Shown: positions 25,923 through 31,507 of the stretch, piece by piece | How positions within the stretch are numbered: position 1 is the first letter of the stretch | Layout: each line of letters opens with the position of its first letter | The notes under the pieces: generated by a model | Told to the model about the DNA's origin: nothing | Databases searched by the model: none | Seen by the model: the letters and a program-made list of their open reading frames with translations, nothing else | Made by a program: the position numbers and the translations under genes | Source of the DNA: a candidate division WOR-3 bacterium | GTDB taxonomy: Bacteria > Hydrothermota > Tepidihabitantia > Tepidihabitantales > JAOUPE01 | Direction of reading: 5' to 3' | Assembly: GCA_039801565.1 (NCBI GenBank) | Contig: JBDRUX010000016.1 | Span: 1-31,507 of the forward strand | DNA: 31,507 nt

Positions 25923-27308
25923 ATGAGCGTTGAGCGAAAACCACCGCAAGCAATTGATGCCGAAGCCGCAGTTTTAGGGGCGATGCTGCTTGATCCAGAT
26001 TCGGTGCCGAAAGCGTTACAGTATGTTGACGAGAGTTGCTTCTATTTACAAAGTCATCGCAAGGTATTCAAAGCGATCGTCTCATTATTTGAAAAAAATG
26101 CTCCGGCGGATATTGTCACTGTCGAACAAGAATTGAGCCGGATGAAAGAATTAGAAAGTGTCGGCGGCAAAGAATTTTTAGCCAGTCTTTTAGAAAATGT
26201 TCTGACTACTGCCCACATCGAAGAACACGCCAAATTGGTCTTAGAAAAGGCGGTGCAAAGGAAATTGATTCAGGTTGCTTCTCAAATTGTTCAAGAAAGT
26301 TACGACGAAGCCAAGTCCGCTGATTTACTCTTAGACCGGGCCGAGCAACTGATTTTTGATATTAAAGAGCGCAGTATTCGCAAAGGTTTTGTGCCATTGA
26401 AAGAACTCTTGCACAGCACGGTAAAGACGATTGAAGACCTTCATGAGAAACGGCGCCTGATTACTGGTTTAGAGACCGGCTTTACTAAACTTGATGAATT
26501 GACTTGTGGTTTACAACCCGGGGATTTAATTATCATTGCCGGTAGGCCCTCAATGGGTAAGACCGCATTGGCTCTCAATATTGGTGTCAATGTCGCTTTA
26601 CGCAATAATGTACCAATTGCGATATTCAGTTTAGAGATGTCGCGTGAGATGTTGGCGCAAAGGATTATCTGTTCGGAAGCCCGAATCTCGATGAGTAATT
26701 TAAGACGGGGTCGCCTTTCCCGACGCGATTGGACAAAACTGACTACGGCGCTCGGACCAATTTCCCAAGCCAAAATCTATATTGATGACAGTGCTGCTTT
26801 ACCGGTTTTGGAGATTCGTGCCAAAGCCCGTCGGCTTAAATCCGAAGAGAAGGATTTGGCGATGATTATTATTGATTATCTCCAATTGATTGAAGGTGCC
26901 CGCGATGAGAAGATAGCCAAATCGCGTCAGCAAGAGATATCGGATATTTCAAGGGCTTTGAAGGCGATGGCAAAGGAATTGAATGTTCCAGTGGTTGCCC
27001 TTTCCCAACTTTCGCGGTTACCCGAACGGCGTGACCCCAAACACCCCCGCCCCCAACTCGCCGACTTACGTGAATCCGGTGCTATTGAACAAGAAGCCGA
27101 TTTAGTGATGCTTCTCTACCGCGATGAGTTCTATAACCGTGATACCGAAGATAAAGGAATCGCTGAAGTTAATATCGCTAAACAACGCAACGGACCGGTT
27201 GGGCCGTTCCGACTGGCATTTTTAGCCGAATGTATGCGCTTTGAGAATTTAGCTCCAATCGAAGAAGAAGCCGAAGCGGCTCTAACTTCAGAAGAAGAGG
27301 GAGAATAA
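25923..27308 (+). CDS. dnaB: Replicative DNA helicase
   Basis: PPQAIDAEAAVLG, AGRPSMGKT, FSLEM, IIDYLQL, ALSQLSR, DLRESGAIEQEAD and KQRNGP; no intein. Confidence 0.97.
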   Translation: MSVERKPPQAIDAEAAVLGAMLLDPDSVPKALQYVDESCFYLQSHRKVFKAIVSLFEKNAPADIVTVEQELSRMKELESVGGKEFLASLLENVLTTAHIEEHAKLVLEKAVQRKLIQVASQIVQESYDEAKSADLLLDRAEQLIFDIKERSIRKGFVPLKELLHSTVKTIEDLHEKRRLITGLETGFTKLDELTCGLQPGDLIIIAGRPSMGKTALALNIGVNVALRNNVPIAIFSLEMSREMLAQRIICSEARISMSNLRRGRLSRRDWTKLTTALGPISQAKIYIDDSAALPVLEIRAKARRLKSEEKDLAMIIIDYLQLIEGARDEKIAKSRQQEISDISRALKAMAKELNVPVVALSQLSRLPERRDPKHPRPQLADLRESGAIEQEADLVMLLYRDEFYNRDTEDKGIAEVNIAKQRNGPVGPFRLAFLAECMRFENLAPIEEEAEAALTSEEEGE

Positions 27309-28658
27309 ATAAAAAAAGGAACGGTTTTCGTTTGTCAAAACTGCGGATTTACGACACCGCGCTGGTTGGGACAATGTCCAGCCTGTAAGAGTTGGCAGAC
27401 ATTGGTCGAAGAGGTCGTCACCAAAAAAAAGACCGTTAAGACGAAAACGGACATTGCCACTCCCCGCCTACTCTCGGAACTTAGAACAACCGGCGCAATA
27501 AGAATTGATACCGGACTTAAGGAACTAAATCGGGTCTTAGGCGGTGGAATTGTCAAAGGCTCTCTAACCTTAATCGGTGGTGACCCAGGAATCGGTAAGT
27601 CAACTTTAATTATGCAGGTTGGTAGTTATTTGGCAAAGCGCGGTGAAACGATACTTTATGTCTCAGCCGAAGAATCGGCTGAACAACTCAAGTTAAGGGC
27701 GGAGCGACTGGGTGTTTCGGAAAAGAATTTCTATGTCCTAACCGAAGTAGAGTTAGAAAACATCTTAGCCAGTACGGAAAAAATCAATCCGACATTATTA
27801 GTGGTGGATTCAATCCAGACGATTTACAAATCCGAACTGGCAAGTGCCCCGGGTAGTGTTGCTCAAGTGCGCGAATGCACTGCGGATTTATTGCGCCTGG
27901 CAAAAGCCAATCGAACCACCACCTTTATTGTTGGCCATATGACAAAGTTTGGGGCGATTGCCGGACCAAAGACCTTAGAACATATTGTTGATACGGTATT
28001 ATATTTCGAGGGTGACCGTTTTCAACAGTATCGAATTCTGCGCACTACCAAGAACCGATTTGGTTCAACTAATGAAATTGGCATATTTGAGATGACCGAA
28101 ACCGGACTTACTGAGGTGCCCAATCCTTCTCAGTTTTTCTTAGCTGGTCGAGTTCCCGCAACCGCTGGTTCGGTGGTCATTGCCACTTTACAGGGTTCGC
28201 GACCAGTATTAATTGAAGTGCAAGCCTTAGCCACGCCAACTTTTTATTCAATTCCCCAACGGGTCTGTTCCGGTTTTGATTTTCGACGCCTGGCAATGCT
28301 TTTATGTATCATTGAACGGCGTGGCGGTATTCAAACCAGCAACCACGATGTCTTTCTAAATGTCGTCGGCGGTTTGAAGGTTGAAGAGCCAGCCGCTGAC
28401 TTAGGGGTTGTACTATCGGTTATTTCCTCAATCCGTAATAAACCGATTGCATCGGATACGGTCGTGGTTGGCGAAGTCGGTTTGGGTGGGGAGATTCGGT
28501 CAATTGGCCAGATTAACAACCGAATCAGCGAAGCAGCCAATATCGGTTTTCGCCGAATCATTATGCCCGACCAAAAAGTCGCAAAGGAAAAATTAGGAAT
28601 TGAACTTTTAGCCTGTCGCTCAATCCAAGAGGCACAAGAATTCGCAATTGGCTTATGA
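27309..28658 (+). CDS. radA: DNA repair protein RadA/Sms (apparent non-canonical ATA start at 27309)
   Basis: The frame is open from 27309: IKKGTVFVCQNCGFTTPRWLGQCPACKSW (complete C4 zinc finger); GDPGIGKST, KNRFG and a Lon-like C-terminal domain. Confidence 0.93.
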   Translation: MKKGTVFVCQNCGFTTPRWLGQCPACKSWQTLVEEVVTKKKTVKTKTDIATPRLLSELRTTGAIRIDTGLKELNRVLGGGIVKGSLTLIGGDPGIGKSTLIMQVGSYLAKRGETILYVSAEESAEQLKLRAERLGVSEKNFYVLTEVELENILASTEKINPTLLVVDSIQTIYKSELASAPGSVAQVRECTADLLRLAKANRTTTFIVGHMTKFGAIAGPKTLEHIVDTVLYFEGDRFQQYRILRTTKNRFGSTNEIGIFEMTETGLTEVPNPSQFFLAGRVPATAGSVVIATLQGSRPVLIEVQALATPTFYSIPQRVCSGFDFRRLAMLLCIIERRGGIQTSNHDVFLNVVGGLKVEEPAADLGVVLSVISSIRNKPIASDTVVVGEVGLGGEIRSIGQINNRISEAANIGFRRIIMPDQKVAKEKLGIELLACRSIQEAQEFAIGL

Positions 28659-28692
28659 ATGTAAATAATAAAAGTGAACTTAGGAGGTTAGT

Positions 28693-29277
28693 GTGTTATT
28701 TAGAAGAGAAAAAATCTTTATTTTGGATTTTCCAACTTTGGCTGATGGCCGAATTGCTGACTTTTTGCAATTCGGCATCATCGGTGGTAAATTTTTTGTG
28801 GCGGACCCAAGTTCTTGGGCAGCCAAACCTGAAGGGGATGCAGTCCATTTACAAAAGCGAGCCGAAGATTGTGTGGTAAAACTGAAAGGAATAAGGGGGC
28901 TAAAAATTAAGACGCTAAAAGGACTGGCTGACCCGAAAAATTTAGCCAAACTTGCCAAACAACATAAAGCAACGATCTTAACCGTCAATCCCGAACTGAA
29001 ACAGACTTTAACCAACATTCCGGTAATTCTCTTAGACGAACTATACGAGGTTCTAAAACCAGCTTATCTGCCCGGTTCGGAAATAATGGTTAAAGTTTTA
29101 AAGAAAGGCAAGACCATAGAAGAAGGGATTGGTTATTTGGACGGCGGAATAAAAGTGGTGATTGAAGGTGGCGCTAAATACTTAGGCAAAGATATCTGGG
29201 TGGTAGTGAAAGGCTCTTTAGACACATCCGTTGGTAGATTGATTTTTGCCCAACCCAAATATACCGAGATTCAATAG
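28693..29277 (+). CDS. PIN-TRAM domain protein (YacL/Rae-like), lacking N-terminal membrane domain
   Basis: ILDFPTLADGRI (PIN start); LPGSEIMVKVLKKGK...GIGYLDGGIKVVIEGG...TSVGRLIFA (TRAM); AGGAGG before GTG; typical radA neighbour. Confidence 0.8.
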   Translation: MLFRREKIFILDFPTLADGRIADFLQFGIIGGKFFVADPSSWAAKPEGDAVHLQKRAEDCVVKLKGIRGLKIKTLKGLADPKNLAKLAKQHKATILTVNPELKQTLTNIPVILLDELYEVLKPAYLPGSEIMVKVLKKGKTIEEGIGYLDGGIKVVIEGGAKYLGKDIWVVVKGSLDTSVGRLIFAQPKYTEIQ

Positions 29278-29304
29278 CGAATAAGCAAAAATGCTTTGGT
29301 CAAT

Positions 29305-29334
29305 CCACTTGAGCCATTTGAACAACTTGAAGGA
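29305..29334 (+). repeat. Intergenic 9-bp-period repeat (TTGAAC family)
   Basis: CCA-CTTGAGCCA-TTTGAACAA-CTTGAAGGA; 23/27 identical to 14661-14687 inside wzc. Confidence 0.65.
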
Positions 29335-29361
29335 TTTTGAGTATCATTCATTCTAAATCGG

Positions 29362-29390
29362 TTGACTTCTGTTTATATTTTAATTAATAT
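29362..29390 (+). promoter_or_regulatory. sigma70-type promoter, possibly giving a leaderless transcript
   Basis: TTGACT, 17-nt spacer, TAATAT; ATG follows 5 nt later with no Shine-Dalgarno sequence. Confidence 0.5.
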
Positions 29391-29395
29391 CGCCT

Positions 29396-30359
29396 ATGAT
29401 TAAAGAAATAAAGACCAAAGACCTAAAACCAAAAGAGTTCATTGCCGAAAAAATTGGTGAAATAAAATCAATCGTTGGCAATGGTATTGGCTTTTGTGCC
29501 CTTTCCGGTGGCGTTGACTCTTCAGTTACCGCGGTTTTAGCCCATAAAGCCTTGGGCGATAGGCTAAAACCTTATTTCTTGCAAAATGGCTTGATGCGCG
29601 AAGGTGAAGCCGAATCCGTTGTGGCAATCTTTAAGCGATTGGGGATGACAGTCCAGGTCTATCCCTGTGAAGATAAGTTCTTTAGCGCTTTAGCTGGTAT
29701 CAAAGACCCGGAAGCGAAACGAGAAGCCATCACCAAGACCTTTTACCAAGATGTCTTTCCGAAAATTATGCGTGCAATCGGTGCCCAATACCTTTTTCAA
29801 GGTACCATCTACACCGATGTTGAAGAGACAGTCGCAGGTATCAAGCGCCAGCATAATGTCTTAGAACAATTGGGAATTGATACCTTAGTAAAATATGGGT
29901 ACAAGGTGATTGAACCATTTAGTGCAATTACGTAAAGATGGTGTTCGCAAGATTGGCAAGGCATTGGGATTACCGGCAGCAATTTTCAATCGGATTCCTT
30001 TCCCTGGACCGGCATTAGCGGCAAGAGTGATAGGTGAAGTTACTCCCGAAAGGATTGCGATTGTTCGAAAAGCAACCGAAATTGTTGAAAAGGAATTAAA
30101 GAACAGTAGGGCGTTTCAATATCTGGCGATACTCCATGAAGATATGGTGACAGGAATCAAAGATGGGAAAAGAAAATTTGGTTACCAGATTGAAGTAAGG
30201 TGTTGGGAGAGTAAAGACGCAACGGTTGCCCAGCCAAAAAGACTTTTGTATCCGAAATTAGAAAGAATTGCCAAAAAGCTTTGCTTATTGATTCCGGATG
30301 TGGTTAGCGTCACCTATAATATAACACCGAAGCCACCATCAACGATTGAAGCGGTTTAG
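29396..30359 (+). pseudogene. guaAB: GMP synthase ATP-pyrophosphatase (B) subunit, split by a +1 frameshift at ~29918-29920 (pseudogene or sequencing error)
   Basis: Frame 1 has ALSGGVDSSV, DPEAKR, QGTIYTDVEE and IKRQHNV; the next frame has RKDGVR, RIPFPGPALAAR and YNITPKPPSTIE. Deleting one T from CCATTTAGTG restores the conserved EPLVQLRKDGVR. No glutaminase domain. Confidence 0.8.
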
Positions 30360-30533
30360 TTTAAAAAGCTTAACCTAAAAAGGCTACAGCTAGTACCTCG
30401 AACTTGGTATTTTTGTGCCAGAAAAAGATTACTTAAAAGTAACGTCAAAAATGACCGATTTTTTCTTCTATCTATTTGATTTTTAATATCTTATATTAAA
30501 TTTTCCTTTGGGAGGGGGTATCGTATAGGGGGT

Positions 30534-30736
30534 GACCCCGTAGGCTACCCCTAAGTTGCTCCGTAGGTTGCTCGGAGAGTTGCCTCGGAAGCTACTTCGG
30601 GAGTTGGTTGGTAGGCAGGTTGGGGAGCGGGTTGGGAGGCGACCTCGGAAGCGACTCGGTAGGCAACTTGGGAAGCAAGCTGGGGAGCAGGTTAGGGAGC
30701 TACCCCGTAGGCTACTTCGGGAGCAAGCCGGTAGGC
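30534..30736. repeat. Tandem array of ~17 degenerate 12-bp G-rich units
   Basis: Units such as GACCCCGTAGGC, TGCCTCGGAAGC, TACTTCGGGAGT, AGGTTGGGGAGC and AACTTGGGAAGC; consensus NRSYYSGKRRGY. Confidence 0.9.
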
Positions 30737-30782
30737 AGGCTATTGATTCAGCATTTGTTTGAATTAGTTATTTTTGTTGGAG

Positions 30783-31507
30783 TCAGTTAGAAGATAAAAT
30801 TAGGTTGCTTTTAGACTTACCGGTTACACAAAATAATGTTTCATTCCCGGTTGAAGTGATACAAGCTCCGGCTTGAACCCCACCGTTATAAACCGGAAAC
30901 ATTTTCACCCATTCTAAAATCTGCCACAGAGTCACCGAGGACACGGAGAAGAAATTCATCTCTGTGCTCTCCGTTCTCTGTGGCTTATCCTTACCGAACA
31001 AATTACTGTAGCAAGTAGCAGTATAATTTCCTGGTGTTGCGGTCCAAGGTGAAAATTCAAGCAGTGTGTCGTTATAAGGACAAAGTTTTATCCATTTCGT
31101 ATCAGTATAAGAACTTCCGATTTTAAATGTTACCGCTAAACTTTCATCCTCTCTACCTAAATTCCAAACAAAAGCAGCAGGTTTTATTGTCTTGCCTTGG
31201 GTAATTATTGTGGTTACGCCTCCTCTCCCTTTTGGACACCTCACTTCTGAAACGCAGATATCATGTTCACGAGTCGGTTTTGCCCAGATTCCAACATCAT
31301 CAATACACCAGAATCTGCCACTTTGGACAGGACCTTTGTAAATCCAGGCAATTCGGACATTTCTTTGATTCGTAGCCCAAGGCAGAGATGCTTGAGTTAG
31401 AGTGTCAGTCCCAATATAATATGACCAGTTGGCGCCGTTATCAATCGAACCTCTAATTTCTATTATCTTATTGCCACCCCGTTGGAGGTTAGAATAAGTC
31501 GACTGCC
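30783..31507 (-). CDS. Partial secreted/surface protein (adhesin-like beta-sandwich, CARDB-like Ig domain, start of a propeller); 5' end outside window, C-terminus probably truncated
   Basis: The frame is open to the window edge: ...GSIDNGANW...NVRIAWIYKG...WCIDDVGI...HDICVSEVRCP...PAAFVWNLGREDES...FSPWTATPGNYTATC...GGVQAGACIT. The GTG at 31244 is therefore internal. Confidence 0.7.
   Translation of the reverse strand, partial: QSTYSNLQRGGNKIIEIRGSIDNGANWSYYIGTDTLTQASLPWATNQRNVRIAWIYKGPVQSGRFWCIDDVGIWAKPTREHDICVSEVRCPKGRGGVTTIITQGKTIKPAAFVWNLGREDESLAVTFKIGSSYTDTKWIKLCPYNDTLLEFSPWTATPGNYTATCYSNLFGKDKPQRTESTEMNFFSVSSVTLWQILEWVKMFPVYNGGVQAGACITSTGNETLFCVTGKSKSNLILSSN
30923..30984. repeat. 62-bp palindromic element (CACAGAG...CTCTGTG type) in-frame inside the CDS
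   Basis: GCCACAGAGTCACCGAGGACACGGAGA - 9-nt loop - TCTCTGTGCTCTCCGTTCTCTGTGGC; the arms have 9-bp internal periodicity. Confidence 0.8.

Noticed and set aside
25923..27308. Intein in DnaB
   Set aside because: The length (461 aa) and contiguous motifs leave no room for one.
28655..28879. 74-aa ORF overlapping the radA stop
   Set aside because: It overlaps the PIN-TRAM gene, which has a strong RBS and family motifs, and has no recognisable features itself.
30405..30420. sigma54-like TGGCAC on the minus strand
   Set aside because: The -12 position reads TACCA rather than TTGCW, and it would point antisense into guaAB.
30556..30790. ORFs 30556-30762 and 30608-30790 with 4-aa periodicity
   Set aside because: Two overlapping frames are open simply because the G-rich 12-mer has few stop codons; no frame-specific conservation is evident.

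Overview
AT-rich bacterial chromosome segment with almost all genes on the + strand. The last, partial gene resembles secreted Ig/propeller proteins of FCB-related candidate phyla such as WOR-3 (low-confidence inference). In order, the window holds: (1) the 3' end and right inverted repeat of an IS256-family element, followed by a mosaic of REP-like and 7/9-bp repeats; (2) a long TPR protein with a sigma70 promoter; (3) a near-consensus sigma54 promoter heading a tightly packed 16-gene, ~19-kb cluster (3466-22737); (4) a sigma70 promoter and ~105-nt RNA-like hairpin, then a lipoprotein-like DJ-1/PfpI gene, dtd, yicC, gmk, rpoZ, dnaB, radA (apparent ATA start) and a PIN-TRAM gene; (5) a frameshifted stand-alone GMP synthase B subunit; (6) a G-rich array of ~17 quasi-palindromic 12-mers; (7) a partial, probably truncated surface-protein gene on the - strand carrying an in-frame palindrome. 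The 16-gene cluster combines a cytidylyltransferase / glycerol-1-phosphate dehydrogenase / CDP-alcohol phosphotransferase module, Wzy/Wzc-type exopolysaccharide genes (including a GT4-phosphoglycosyltransferase fusion), a pseudokinase-PAS-hybrid kinase-REC-REC signalling set with no DNA-binding output, and an orphan PilB/GspE ATPase. A recurring theme is short dispersed repeats that also occur in-frame inside protein-coding genes. All calls are from reading the sequence by eye; no searches were run.
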